Below the pieces are notes generated by a model, which searched no databases, was not told the DNA's origin, and saw only the letters and a program-made list of their open reading frames with translations. A program made the position numbers and the translations under genes. From assembly GCF_009914755.1 (NCBI RefSeq), contig NC_060928.1: a DNA stretch of 64,000 nt; one strand, 5' to 3'. Source of the DNA: the human T2T-CHM13v2.0 reference genome, Homo sapiens. This document shows, one piece after another, positions 1 to 15,889 of the stretch (the stretch's first letter is position 1; every line of letters begins with the position of its first letter).

Positions 1-279
1 TTGAAAATAGTTTTCCCATCAAATTGCCATTTTGGTCTTAAAAGGTTTTCATTGTGTTATGAGGTTTGCGCTAGAATTCAGACATCTTGATAATGAAAAC
101 TCTGTGTTGATATTGGTGAACCGAAGTGACTAAACTGCTACTCCCAGGGCAGAATTTGGTGTGCAAAGCACACGACAAAGACAATATAAAAATTATTTTA
201 TTTCTTTTTTGGGTTTTGGTTGACATGGATTTTGTTTATTGCCTCCACATAATTCTATCCAATGGGACATATTATAATC

Positions 280-795
280 ATCACCTATTTATGGCAAGGC
301 ATTGTTCTAGGCACGGAGGATACAAGCAAATGCAAAACCAAGTCCCTGCACTCAGGACTTTGATATTCTATGAATATTCTACAAGATTCTGCAGAGGTTA
401 TACCAGTTATTACATATAACATCTCAGGTAGGTGCTATGTGACATGAGAACAATGAAACCAAATAAGGGGGTAGAAACTAGCAAAGGGTGCATTTCAGTT
501 AGAGTGGCCAGGAGGAGGAGGTGCCACTTTCACAGAGATCTGAGAGAAGCCTGTGGTTATCCAGAGAAAGAGACTCCAGTGCACAGGGAACACCAAACTC
601 AAGGCCCTGAGACAGGAGTGGGTTTGGCAGAAATAGCAGAGGCCTGTGTAGAAGGATAAAGGGAGCAAAGGGGTGAATGGAAGGAGATGGGGTCAGAAAA
701 AATAGCCGAGATCCCTAATGAGCTCTGCAGGTCAAAATAAAAACTTTGGACATTGGGAAGCCATGAAAAGGTTTTGAGCAGATGAGTAACATAAT
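280..795 (-). mobile_element. L2 LINE 3' fragment (resumes ~1460-1550)
   Basis: Reverse-complement L2 3'-end motifs ('ggcattgttctaggcac...aagtccctgcactcagga', 'ttgggaagccatgaaaaggttttgagcagatgag'). Confidence 0.65.
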
Positions 796-835
796 CTGAT
801 TTAGATTTTTGAATTTTTAAAATTTATTTTTTTTA

Positions 836-1445
<610 letters not shown>

Positions 1446-1550
1446 TGATTTACATTTTTAAATGACATCTTGGAATCTATAATTATCTCAAAATAAAAGT
1501 TTTTTAAAAGATATCTCTGGCTACTGAGTGGAGAGATGACTGTAGGGGTT

Positions 1551-1920
1551 ATGGTAGATAGACTCTCAGATGGCCACAGTGATCCCCACCTTCCGGTGCT
1601 CCTACCCTTTAGCATGAGTACACACTCGATTTGTTAACTCACTAATGAGGAATTGAATATGACAGAAGCAATAGGATGTCACTTCTGAGATTAGACTAAA
1701 AAAAGACTGTGGCTTCCATCTTGAACATCGTCTCCCATATTCTCTCCATCCCCCACCCCCTTCCCTGCCATCTTGCTCATTCTGGGTGAAGGCAGTTGCC
1801 ACATTGTGAGCTGCCCTGAGGTCTACACGATAAGAAGCTGAAGCCTGTGACAGCACATGAGTGGTCCTGGAAGTAGACCCCCCAACCCTAGTCAGAAGTC
1901 TGAGGAAAAGACCTAGCCTG
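1551..1920 (+). mobile_element. MLT1F-like MaLR LTR fragment
   Basis: 'ctctcagatggccacagtgatccccacc...ggatgtcacttctgagattagactaaaaaaagactgtggcttccatcttg' resembles MLT1E/F LTRs. Confidence 0.6.
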
Positions 1921-1994
1921 AGCCTAGTCCAGGACTATGTGACAGAGATTAAGCTGATTCCAGAAGGCCAGGAAAGTGGAGGTGACAATGGTAA

Positions 1995-2222
1995 AGACCA
2001 TGGGTTTTCACGTCAGGAAGGTCAGGGTAGGAATTCCAGCTCTCTATTGTTAACTGTGTGACCTCAGTGAACTTATTTAATCTCTTCAAGCCTCAGTGTT
2101 CTTGACTGCAAAATAAGGATAATAAAAGTACTTACCTTTAGCGCAACACTGGCTGGTTGAAAGAGTTTGCTAATATGTATTTTCCTTAACACAGTGCCCA
2201 GCACATAGTAAGTTCTCAACTG
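1995..2222 (+). mobile_element. MIR SINE
   Basis: Core 'ctgtgtgacctcagtgaacttatttaatctcttcaagcctcagtgtt...aaaataaggataataa' and 3' 'cccagcacatagtaag'. Confidence 0.8.
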
Positions 2223-3110
2223 ATGAGCCTGGAGCGGCCACGATGTGAACTGTCACCGGCCACTGCTGCTCCGACTCCCTGGAAGCACACAGGGTGATTA
2301 AAGGAGGCGGCAGTGCCCTTTATCTCAAAGCAAAGTTGCACTGCTGTGTCAGAGATTACAAACAGTGAGGTGCACATAATCCCTGCGCAGCTATTCTTCT
2401 AGGAAAAGCTGTGATCAAAAGCCTGCTTTAGCCCATCAGTGAACACAGCTGTAGGTTCCCTCAGCTCTCTTCCCACCCTTGATAAGGGAACCTTTAAAAT
2501 GCCTTAAAGGTAAGCCCTGCTGCTGAGCTGAAAGAGGTCCAAGTGGGGACAGGGCTGATTCATTGGAGAAACAATGCTCCACAGAGTGTCAGTCCTTCCA
2601 GCCACTCTGTGCACACTGTGTCACCACATCTGCTTCTTGGCAGCTACTGTCTGCTTTGTGACCCACAGATATACAAAGAGACAATGCAGAGAAAGGCAGG
2701 TCAAGATGCTGGTGGATCAGTGGAGGACCAAGTGCACACCAAGGCACCCACAAAGTGCTAGTTAAGCCCAGGGGCTGACTGTCATGCCACGGCTGTGAGA
2801 CACACGCCTGCTTGGATGGCACACCCCTGTCTGGCATTTGGGGCCTTGTCATTAAGAGCTAATGCATAGCATCAAAAGGGAAGACTGGCTCAGCAGCAGG
2901 TAAGTTCAGGGACAATCATCACAAAGTAAAGCCACCAGCACAACCCTGCTAGAAAGAATGGTCATCTTCATGGATTATGACACCACAAGCCAACAGCACA
3001 TGAAAACAAGGAACAATGATATCGATGGGCCAAACAAATATATGCAAGCATATGTATGTATTATATATAAAATATATATATATATATAGAATTAGCATAT
3101 GTTATCATAA

Positions 3111-3464
<354 letters not shown>

Positions 3465-4304
3465 TAGTGTTTATAGCAGAAAATAACATCTGGAAAGAAC
3501 AAAATGTTTGTCTCATGTGTACATCTAATCTTCAGGTTCACCATTTAGTTAAAGATATCCACCTGAATCCAAGAAGATGTCATCAGGCTTGTATTTCTGT
3601 TCTAAAATGGAAGATTTCAGAAATTCAAATGTACTTGTAAATCTCAATATGCTTCATTTTGGCCTATAACTGAGCCATAACCTCTGCTAACACCCATAAA
3701 CAATTATATTTGGAAATAGAAGTATTGAAAGTTACACAATTTGCAAATTTTCTTAATATTCCTCCTCTCTGTGGATCTTTGCCAGCATTCTGTCATTTCT
3801 AATCTATGGTGTCAGCTTGACAGTTAAACCAAACAAAAGCTAATGTTTTTGGCAGGAGAAAATAATCAGCACATCCATTCATTAGCATCCTCCTCACACA
3901 TTCTTTGTCAATTATAAATATTTGCTTGAGCTAAACTCTGTCACCATCATTGAAGCCATTACTGCCTGTAACTTAGTGATATATTTGAAGAGTCAAGCTT
4001 CTGGCATTTTGCAGCTGGGGCTCCAGCATAATCAAAATATTCATAAACTAACACTTGGGTCCCAGCAGAGTATCTTACTCGAGATAACAAATGATGATCC
4101 TAGACAATGGAACTACAAGTCAAACTCTGAGTCATGAGTTTCATAATGGTGTTTCTGGGCTATATCCATTAGCTTCTGATAAAAGCCTTTTCAATTGCTA
4201 TTTGGGGACATTTTTAGGGGACATTCAATTACACGGTTGGACTTGTACATTGGCAGATGCTGCAGCATTCTTGGGGGAGCTCCAGATCCTACTAAATGTA
4301 ATGA

Positions 4305-4751
4305 AAGTTGTTGGTGCCCCATCTAGATTCCCTTTAAAAGCAGGTGCTCCTGTCCTCAGCTGCTGTGAGCAGTGGCTGCTAACAATTCACAGCTGCCCCC
4401 TTCTCCAGACACCTGCCCTTGGCCAAGTGGGAACAGTCTTGATCTGGGAGCTCTGCCCTCTACACTCATCCCCTGACCTCAGCCAATGACTTAGTGACAT
4501 GAAGGGGCGTGAAGGGAAGTCTCCCTTCTCTCAAGGGAGCGACCAACTCTGTGGTGCAATTCATGCCTCAGAACCTCCCCATGGGAACAGGCTGAAGCTG
4601 GTCTTCCAGGGAGACAACATTTTTGCTTTGCCTTTTTCCTATGACCTATCCTGATTCTCTCATTCATTTCTCCTGTGAATAATCAGAAAAAAAAACACTT
4701 CTAAGAGAATCCCCATCTCAAGGTCTGCTTTTAGGGAGACCTACTTGAGGC
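4305..4751 (+). mobile_element. LTR16-like ERVL solo LTR
   Basis: 'cagccaatgact...aactctgtggtgcaattcatgcctcagaacctcccc...gaatccccatctcaaggtctgcttttagggagacc' typical of LTR16. Confidence 0.6.
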
Positions 4752-5799
4752 ACTAAGAACTTCTCTTTGCCCGGGACGGGACTTTGCCCCTGCCTGGGCC
4801 CACCAGGAACCCTGGGCCCCAACAGGTGAACTGGTGGCTACTTCAAGACTCAACACAGATGTGTCTTTTCTGGTGTGATCTGGAGGTTTTCCCTACAGAC
4901 CGCGAGATACCCAGCCTAACGACAGTGTCTCATTCGCTCCCAGCACCTAGCACAGTTCTGGCAGAATTTCTTATCTCTGCCCTGACTGACAAAATCTTTC
5001 TCAATCTTTCTGGACATCAATTAGAAAAAAGACGGAAACCCCAACAGATAAATAGGCATAGAATATGAACAAAGACAGCTCACTTAAATGGAAACATAAG
5101 ACCAGCTCATTCTCACTCATAACAAGTGAAATGTGTATTAAAACTACACAGAGATACCATTTTTCAATTCTCAGACTGGGAAACATCCAAAATATGATTT
5201 TTATTCTATCCCTAGATCCAGCCCAGTGATAGTGGGTTCTTTTTTTCCCTGTTACAAATGAATTGTTATTCCAAGAAATGCCCCTGTGGGAGTTCACTGT
5301 GGGGAAATAAATCTGATAAAATTCTATAAAGCCCTTCTGAGCTGTGGGTGAAGTGAGAGTGCAAACCCTAATCATTAGCCTGAACATCCACCTCCTCAGG
5401 AATATTATATATTATGTTTCTTCTCTAGGTCATGGAAACATACTGCTTTCCTTATTTCCTCTGTCCTACCCAAGTAAGAGTTCTTATTGTCACTTTTATC
5501 TGTTTCTCACTTTTGCCTGAGATCTCTCTCTTCAAGACCACAAAATGTCTTGCGAGCCTGAGTCATACCTTCAATTTATCGTATTTTCCCCACTCATCTT
5601 ACTGCAAGGTGGGATTAGTGGAGTATGTATTTTCCTCTATCATACAGTGTCTGCTAGTTAAGTGTATATATGTCTGTTTCCTCCACAGATCTATGTCATT
5701 TATGGCATTATTGTTACCAAAATTTTGCTTCCTCTCTCTGTAGAAGAAGACTTCTTTGCTTCAATGGTGTCCCAGTTCGGTCTTGAAATTTTCTCTGCT

Positions 5800-6075
5800 C
5801 AGTAAAATTGAGCAGAAGCGATACAAGCAGCTTCCAATCAGAAGCTTTGAGACCCATCATGTGGTTCCATCATCACATTCTTTCCTCTACTGCAAGACCA
5901 TCCCCAAGACTAGCATATCCCAGAAAAAGTGTATTCCCTTAGCCTGGCTCCTGGAACAAAAACAACATAGAGCAGAGACATGAAGGACACAAATGTGAGT
6001 GAGAAATAAACCTCAGTGGTCTTCAGCCTCTGAGATTTGGGAGTCATTTGTTACTGCAGTAGAACCTGGTCAGAT
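5800..6075 (+). mobile_element. Old MLT1 LTR 3' fragment
   Basis: 'gtgagaaataaacctc...agcctctgagatttgggagtcatttgttactgcag' MLT1 3' end. Confidence 0.5.
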
Positions 6076-6181
6076 GTCTTCTACACTCTGTAATCTCCAG
6101 TGCATCTTATTTTCCTTTCTACTCAAAACAGCATCTCATATAATTCTTTGCCTGTGGTACACATTCAATAAAAACTGGCTA

Positions 6182-6625
<444 letters not shown>

Positions 6626-6727
6626 TCAGGCAGGTGGCCAGAGCCTGAGCAGGGTGAGGAGACTTGATCACATAAATACAGACTATGTGTCATGGGAGCC
6701 AAGTTTCTCACTATCAGAGAAAGGTGC

Positions 6728-8052
6728 TGATCTTTGACAAACCTGACAAAAAACAAGAAATGGGGAAAGGATTCCTTATTTAACAAATGGTGCTGGGAAA
6801 ACTGGCAAGCCATATGTAGAAAGCTGAAACTGGATCCCTTCCTTACACCTTACACAAAAATTAATTCAAGATGGATTAAAGACTTACATGTTAGACCTAA
6901 AACCATAAAAACCCTAGAAGAAAACCTAGGCAATACCGTTCAGGACATAGGCATGGGCAAGGACTTCATGTCTACAACACCAAAAGCAATGACAGCAAAA
7001 GCCAAATTTGACAAATGGGATCTAATTAAACTAAAGAACTTCAGCACAGCAAAAGAAACTACCATCAGAATGAACAGGCAACCTACAGAATGGGAGAAAA
7101 TTTTTGCAATCTACTCATCTCACAAAGGGCTAATATCCAGAATCTACAATGAACTCAAACAAATTTACAAGAAAAAAACAAGCAAACCCATCAACAAGTG
7201 GGTGAAGGATATGAACAGACACTTCTCAAAAGAAGACATTTATGCAGCCAACAGACACATGAAAAAATGCTCATCATCACTGGCCATCAGAGAAATGTAA
7301 ATCAAAACCACAATGAGATACCACCTCACACCAGTTAGAATGGTGATCATTAAAAAGTCAGGAAACAACAGGTGCTGGAGAGGATGTGGAGAAATAGGAA
7401 AACTTCTACACTGTTGGTGGGACTGTAAACTAGTTCAACCATTGTGGAAGACAGTGTGGTGATTCCTCAGGGATCTAGAACCAGAAATACCATTTGACCC
7501 AGCCATCTCACTACTGGGTATATACCCAAAGGATTATAAATCGTGCTGCTATAAAGACACATGCACACGTGTGTTTATTGTGGCACTATTCACAATAGCA
7601 AAGACTTGGAACCAACCCAAATGTCCAACAATGATAGACTGGATTAAGAAAATGTGGCACATACACACCACGGAATACTGTGCAGCCATAAAAAATGATG
7701 AGTTCATGTCCTTTGTAGGGACATGGATGAAGCTGGAAACCATCATTCTCAGCAAACTATTGCAAGAACAAAAAACCAAACACCGCATGTTCTCACTCAT
7801 AGGTGGGAATTGAACAATGAGAAAACTTGGACACAGGAAGGGGAACATCACACACCAGGGCCTGTTGAGGGGTGTGGGGAGGGGGGAGGGATAGCATTAG
7901 GAGATATACCTAATGTAAATGACGAGTTAATGGGTGCAGCACACCAACATGGCACACGTATACATATGTAACAAACCTGCATGTTGTGCACATGTACCCT
8001 AGAACTTAAAGTATAATAAAAAAATAAAAAGAAAAGAAAAATAAACAAAAAA
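6728..8052 (+). mobile_element. 5'-truncated L1PA (L1PA4/5-like): ORF2 C-terminal remnant, 3'UTR and polyA
   Basis: ORF 6734-7300 ([16 protein letters not shown]...[20 protein letters not shown]) is L1 ORF2p with a premature TAA at 7298-7300; 3'UTR 'cctaatgtaaatgacgagttaatggg...ccctagaacttaaagtataat' plus A-tail. Confidence 0.95.
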
Positions 8053-8221
8053 CAAATACAGGAAGCAAGAAAATTATAATGAACCCTGTTTTGTTGGATT
8101 GGAAGTGATGACAATGTGATGGTGGCTTACCAAAAATAGATGTTGCCTTATCTGGCTTACTCTCCATTACCAATTAATCAAATCAACATTGATGATATTT
8201 AACATTTCCCATACCACTATG

Positions 8222-8597
8222 CACTATGTTCTGAATATTTGCATCCCTCCCAATTCACATGTTGAAATTCTAACCCCAAGTGAACCCCATTCATATGTTG
8301 AAATTCTAACCATAATAATAGGAGGTAGGAACTTTTGGGAGATGATTAGGTCATGAGGCCAGAGTCCTCATGAAGGAATAAATAGGCCCAAAGGTGCTCC
8401 TTCACCCCTTCCACCATGTAAGGATTCAGCAAGAAGATACTGTCTATAAGGAACAGGGCCCTTACCAGACACCAAGTCTGCCAGCACCGTGGTCTTGGAC
8501 TTGTCAGCCTCCAGAACTGTGATTAATACATGTCTGTTGTTTATAAGCTGCCCAGTTTATGGTATTTTATTATAGCACCCTGAATGGACTAAGTCAC
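8222..8597 (+). mobile_element. MLT1A/MLT1A0 solo LTR
   Basis: 'atgttgaaattctaacccc...ttggacttgtcagcctccagaactgtga...tatagcaccctgaatggactaag'; internal ~23 bp duplication; possible TSD ctatg/ccatg. Confidence 0.8.
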
Positions 8598-8671
8598 CAT
8601 GCTTGAAGGTTCAAGGAAAACCTCATATCTAATACTGTTACAGTGGTGTGCACCTGACTTAAAAAATGTTA

Positions 8672-9166
<495 letters not shown>

Positions 9167-9274
9167 TTATTTTTAATCTGGGACAAATAGGTGACAGCAA
9201 TAAAAAATAATAATGAAATAAAAATTTAAAAAGTGTCTGCATCTTCAAAAAGAAGGTTAACAACATAATTCTTG

Positions 9275-9606
9275 TTTTTTTTTTGTTTTGTTTTTTTTGA
9301 GACAGGGTCTCACTCTATCATGGTTACTTTTGATTCAGTTCACTGTCCCACTGGGTGGAGTGCAGTGGCACAATCATAGCTCACTGCAACGTGGAATTCT
9401 TGGGTTCAAGTCATCCTCCTGCCTCAGCCTCCTGAGTAGCTGGAACTACAGGCATGCACCACCATACGCAGCTAATTTTTTTTTATTTTTGTAGAGATGG
9501 AGTCTTGCTCTGATGCCCAAGCTGGTCTTGAATTCCCAGCCTCAAGCAACCCTGCCTCGACCTCCCAAAGAGGTGAGATTATAGGCATAAGCCATGGGAC
9601 CCAGCC
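9275..9606 (-). mobile_element. AluJ carrying a ~30-38 bp foreign insertion
   Basis: Antisense Alu; TSD acataat(t/a)ctt; non-Alu segment 9316-9353. Confidence 0.88.
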
Positions 9607-10469
9607 ACATAATACTTAATATTGCTGAGGAGGTAGATGTCCTTGTTAATAATTGTTAATTAATTAACAATTAAGGATTATACTCTCCTTTCATTCACAG
9701 CTCAAAAGAGCTTTATATAGCTTTATAAAATTGATTTCCCAATAGTAGGATGCCACAGGGGCATCTCTTGATCTAGCAATTCAGCTGCAGCAGAGAGAAA
9801 AAGAAACCACTGTCACTGGGCTGGATAGATGGGTAGAATAAGAGCCCATCTATTTATTTGAATTCAAGCTCATTCATTCTGATGTGTCATTTAGTGATGT
9901 TTATATTTTTATCTCATGGTTTTTTAACCTGATTTTTTTTTTCCAGAAGGAAAAGCAGCTTTAAGCATCATCAAAGTTCAGGGCCCATTATGCTACAACA
10001 ACTAATGCATTTTGTAACTACCTCATTAGGATAAAGACCCATGGGCAAGTTTCGTTCTAGTTGTTTATAGAGCAAGAAATCCAGGCCCATCTGCTCTTAC
10101 AGACCTGTATCAAGAAATGCTTCTCTCAGGACCAGATTTTGAGGAAGGTATGAGGATCTTTTCGCCTAAGTTTTCACCTGAGTTGATGTAGAACCATCTA
10201 ATCCACTCACTATAGAAGAGAAAGATGAGAGTTCAGAGGTGGCAGAAACACAAACAACTCATTCTGTTTCAGGAGATGACACTATTTCTTGTCCCAGGGA
10301 CATAACGCTCTCATTGTTGGACCTGGCTTCTCGATGGGGCTGAGAAATATCTGCTCTCATGGCTTCCTACTTCTCTGGTTTCCCAGGAATATCAGCTGTG
10401 AAAAGGTATGTATCTCAAGCAGGGAATCAGGGGGACAGTGAACTGAACCAAAAATAACCATGATAATCA

Positions 10470-11155
<686 letters not shown>

Positions 11156-11194
11156 TAAAGTAAGAAATATTCACTTTAAAAATATGGAAAGCAA

Positions 11195-11500
11195 GGCCAG
11201 GTGTGGTGGTTCACGCCTGTAATCCCAGCACTTTGGGAGGCCAAGGTGGGCTGATCACCTGAGGTCACGAGTTCAAGACCAGCCTGGCCAACATGGCAAA
11301 ACCCTGTCTGTACTAAAAATACAAAAGTTAGCTGGGTGTGGTGGTGCACACCTGTAGTCCCAGTTACTCGGGAGGCTGAGGTGGGAGGATCCCTTGAACC
11401 CAGGAGGAGGAGGTTGCAGTGAATGGAGATCATATCACTGCACTCCAGCCTGGGTGACAGAGTGAGACTTTTTCTCAAAAAAAAAAAAAAACAACAACAA
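11195..11500 (+). mobile_element. AluS
   Basis: Full dimer plus A-tail. Confidence 0.9.
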
Positions 11501-12404
11501 GGAAAGGAACCCCCCAAAAGAAAAAGCAATGACCCCCAGAAAGTGGTCCATGTCTCCAATATCTAGGGGATAATATTATAGCAATAATTAACTTTTTGCC
11601 ATAATTCCTTGTTTTCTTTTTCTATGAATTTTAATATAGAATTGCATTTATACTATATTTATAACTTTGCATATTATTTATAGTCAAAACATATTCTATC
11701 ATTGAAGAACTTGGTAGATCAATATTTTATAGTTTCTTAATTTATCGTCAAAACAGATTTAACATATGTAAGCATTAATTTATTGTGGATTTTTTTCTGG
11801 CTCTAAGTTTTCAGTTATATAAAGGATGTCTGTGTGTAAAATTGTGTCATATTTTAGAAGTTGAAATCCTGAGTTAAAGTATATGAATATGATTAATGCT
11901 CTTGAAAACTGTCCATATTGCTTTCTACAGAGGTTGCACAATTTAAATTATCTCTAGCAGTATCTTTCCTACCAAACCTTTACCAACACTGCACAGAATT
12001 TTTAAAAATGGGTTTTATTAAAATGTACTAATCTTAAATGTACAGCTCACTGGAATAGTATCATTTAAAAAAAACAGTTAATATTTTAATAGGTAAAATT
12101 TTGCACCTCTATTATTACTGGTAAAGACAAATGTCTTCTTATGCTTATTAAATTCTCGAGCTTGCTCTTTTGTGAATTGTCAGTTTATGCCATTTATCTA
12201 TTGAGGTCTAAGTGGTTTTAAAAAGTCTGTATGTTTTATTTATACTTGTCATATTTACTGTAAATATTTTTCCCAGCTTGTTGTTTCTTTTCAGTTTCTT
12301 TGTGATGTGTTTTGACAATCAAACCTTTCACTGTTTTTGTGATCAGTTTTTTCAGTCTTGTCCTCTGTGACTTTTTAAAAGTGGGATTCAAAATATTTTC
12401 AGAG

Positions 12405-13115
12405 TTCTTTGAGATGTCTTTGACTATTTGGAAGTATATTTTTTAATTTCCAATTTTCTGAGGATTTTCCAGATATCTTTCTGTTATTGACTTCTAGTTT
12501 AATTCCATTGTGGTTGGAGAACATCATATGTATGATTTCTGTACTGTTACATTTGTCAAAGTGTGTTTAATGACCTAGAATGTGGTCTATCTTGGTAAAT
12601 AGTCCACATAAGTTTGAGAGAAATGTGTATTCTGCTGTTATTGACTAGAGATCCAAGATCCGGTTGGTTGATGGTGCTAGTTACATTATCTATATCCTTA
12701 CTGATTACTGCCTGCTGATCTGTCAATTACTGACAGAGGGATGTTGAACTCTCCAACATAATAATGGATTTGCCCATTGCTCCCTTCAGTTCCATCAGTT
12801 TTTGACTTATGTATTTTGTTAGGTGCATATGTGTTTAGGGTTGTTATCTTTTCTTGGAGAATGAGCCCCTTTATCATTATGTAATGCTCCAATTTATTCC
12901 TGATAATCTTTCTCTTCAGAAGTGGCTTTGTCTGAAATTAATATACTCTTTTGATTAATGTTAGCATAGAATATCTTTCTCTATCCTTTACTTATAATGT
13001 ATCTGAGTCTTTATATAAAAAATGGGTCTTTGCAGGCAACATATAGTTAGGTATTATTTTTAATCTGTGCTGACAATCTCTGTCTTTTATTGGTGTATTT
13101 GGACCATTTACATTC
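12405..13115 (-). mobile_element. Old L1M fragment covering the ORF2 endonuclease region
   Basis: ORF 12698-12892 HYIMIKG..QEKITTLNTYAPN...GEFNIPLSVIDR matches L1 EN motifs. Confidence 0.85.
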
Positions 13116-15889
13116 AGATCTTTACCGTGAAAACTGGGTAGGGCTCCTGGAGTTAAAGACCACAAAAATGCAACGACTCCCTCAAGACTGCAGCCCTCGG
13201 GAATTTCTCACTCTCACACTAGTCCACACTCAGCCTCCAAAATTTAGTTCAAAATTACCATTTAATGTACAATTCTTAATTGACTAATGTCAGTGGAAAT
13301 CTATGCCAAGGAGGTAATGATCAACACATCTAAAAGACTATTTGTTTTCAGATATACAACCATGGCATAAGCATTTGTCTAGAAAGTTTCTGTGAAGCAT
13401 CCCTTTAAAATGAATTTGTTTCTATGGACACCAAAAGCATGTGGCCACTTTACACCTACAGAAGATCTCAGAGCCAAGTCTTGGTAGCAGAGAGCCAAGG
13501 AGGAGTGACATGGGAGTCAGAGTGGCTGAAAGAGTGACCTTTCCTGGGGGCCCCTTGGGCTATGCTTCTGGAGGATGCAGCTCTAAGAGCTTCTCAGAAA
13601 CAACATACCAAGCAGGGATTTTATGTCTTACCCAAAGCACCTCCCTTTATCCTGCTGGTTGACTTTGTATCTATCCAGAGCTACTCAGTTTACACATCTG
13701 GCCAATGTCACACCATGTTGCCATGCCCTAAAATAATTTCACAGCCCCTATATACCTCCTACCTTCCTATTGTGGTGAGAGAATAAAGGTTCCAGTGTAC
13801 ATTTAGAGCAAAATAAAAATCTGGACGGAGTCGGGTGAAGTCACCTGGACAACTCTTGCAGATCACCAAAAAGACTTAATAAAAACAGCATGTTAAGGCT
13901 GCTCTGCCTGTGGAGTGAGTAGCCATACTTTTATTCCTTTACTTTCTTAATAAACTTGTCTTCACTTTATTCTATGGATTCGTTTCGAATTCTTTCTTGC
14001 ACGAGATCCAGTAACCCTCCCTTGGGGTCTGGATCGGGACCCCTTTTCAGTAACATCTTTTTGGCTAACCACAAAGGAACTATACTGAGGAGACCCCCGA
14101 TCCAAAGGAAATAAATTGCAGCACCGACTGGCCAACTTTGGGTAAGTGAGGTGTATTTACCCAGGTAAAGGATGGGATTGGGCTAGAGGCCCAACTTAGG
14201 AGAATGAGTCTCTCCTAAGACAGAGAGGGTAAAGGCCCCTCTTAATAAAAGGCAAGGATGCTTGACCTAACCCAGATTTGAGTCCCAACTTAGGAAGGTT
14301 AGAGTCCTTCCTAAGATTTAGGGGGTTGGAGACCCCTCTCAGTAAAGACCCTCTCAGCTAAGAATGGGTTTGGCACTACAGGGTGTTAACTGCTATTCTC
14401 TTTGGATTAATCTGCTTCTCACTCTTTGCTGATGGCTGTGGGTGACAGGATTAGGCATGTACAGGATCATGGGACATGGGGAGCTTTTTCCTCCCTAAAG
14501 GGGAATACTTAAGAGCTGATGGGACTGCTGGAACAGGTCCCTTCGAGACTGACAAGCAGCCGCCTGAACTTTTGATTCAGCAACGCTGTAACGGGTGGGT
14601 CTTTCTCTGGCCTCCCTGAGCATTTCACCTTCCCCACCCTGCTGCAGGCCATCCTTTTCTCTCTCTTCCTCTCCTTTCTCTTTTCTAACTTTTCTGTTAC
14701 TCAGGGGAACTGTCCACTCTTTCATCCTGCCCAGAAACCACGTGTTGAAAAATGTTCTTGGGAGCTTGACCTTATAACCGTGTGGCAGTACTTTCTCTTG
14801 GTCTCTGCCTTGGAGGAGGCTCATGTCATAGTTTGCCCTAAAAATTATCTTGAGCAGCTAAAAGCCTTTGCAAGTTCAAAATAAGCTGCTCTAGACTCCT
14901 TCTTGGAAGAGTAATAGAAACTGTCTAATGTTGTAGCACAGTAGCTAAGGTTTTGCCATTTTACAATTGCGGTTCAGATTCAATTCCTGGCTTAGGGAAT
15001 AAGTCTTTTTCTGGTTTGATATCTGTGTAACTTTGGCCACTTGTTAATTCTTGGTGCTTCCATGAATAACTCCTGGCTTCCCTTCTTAAATTTTCCTTTC
15101 TCTGAGCACAGAAATATTGACCTTTTGGCCTGGTTAAAGTTGGGTAATAAAAATTAAAAGGACTTTTTTTTTAAAGAGCACTGTGGTTAAAAGTCAGCTT
15201 AATTAAAAGTGGATATTTCAAGCTTTAATAGCCTAGAACTCCTTGGGAAAAACAGAGGAGGTGCTACAGACTCTGCTTTGGGAAAAATCTGTTTTCCTCA
15301 TGAAACCCCAGGAACTGAAAGTGGATAGATCGCTCTCAAAATCTAAGGCTCTTTTCTGTTTTGTATTGCATTATCTGATGTTTTTAACTTTTAGGGGTTT
15401 CAGAAAGTACTTCGCATTATGAGAGAGCATTGGTGTGTCATAACAAGGTAGGAAATATAGTTTTATGGATGGCTAATGGCAGTTATGGGGGGATACTCGG
15501 CTTTTTGCGCATTTAGATCAGAGAAGCATGCTCTTGGCTACCTAGAAAGTATGGCGAAGTCCCCACCCCCCACTGAAAGTTAAGACTCCTATGGGGATGG
15601 GCTGATCCCCTCTTTTGGGGATCCAGGATCTGGTATAAAAATAGGACCCTTAATTTTGGGGACCTGTTTTTACCTTCCAGCTGAGCCTACTTATTCAGGG
15701 GTAAAAAGTGCATACCTTCCTGGACCTGTTCCTCCAAGGGCTCCACCCTGAAGCCAGTAATTCAATTAAGAAACTGGGAAATGAAAAATTTTACAAGTAC
15801 TAGATCTTCTTCTGTCTGTGTATTTATATGTGTTGTGTGTGATGTTTATATATGAAAAAGCTTTAATTGGTTTAAAAATAATAAGTGCT

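Noticed and set aside
2220-2310. Possible C/D snoRNA (TGATGA box)
   Set aside because: No D box (CTGA) or terminal stem at a suitable distance.
6734-7300. 188 aa ORF
   Set aside because: Truncated L1 ORF2p fragment with a premature stop and no promoter.
9946-10405. Possible exons 9946-10147 and 10273-10405 with plausible splice sites
   Set aside because: The second is closed in all three frames, and such motifs are common by chance without transcript evidence.
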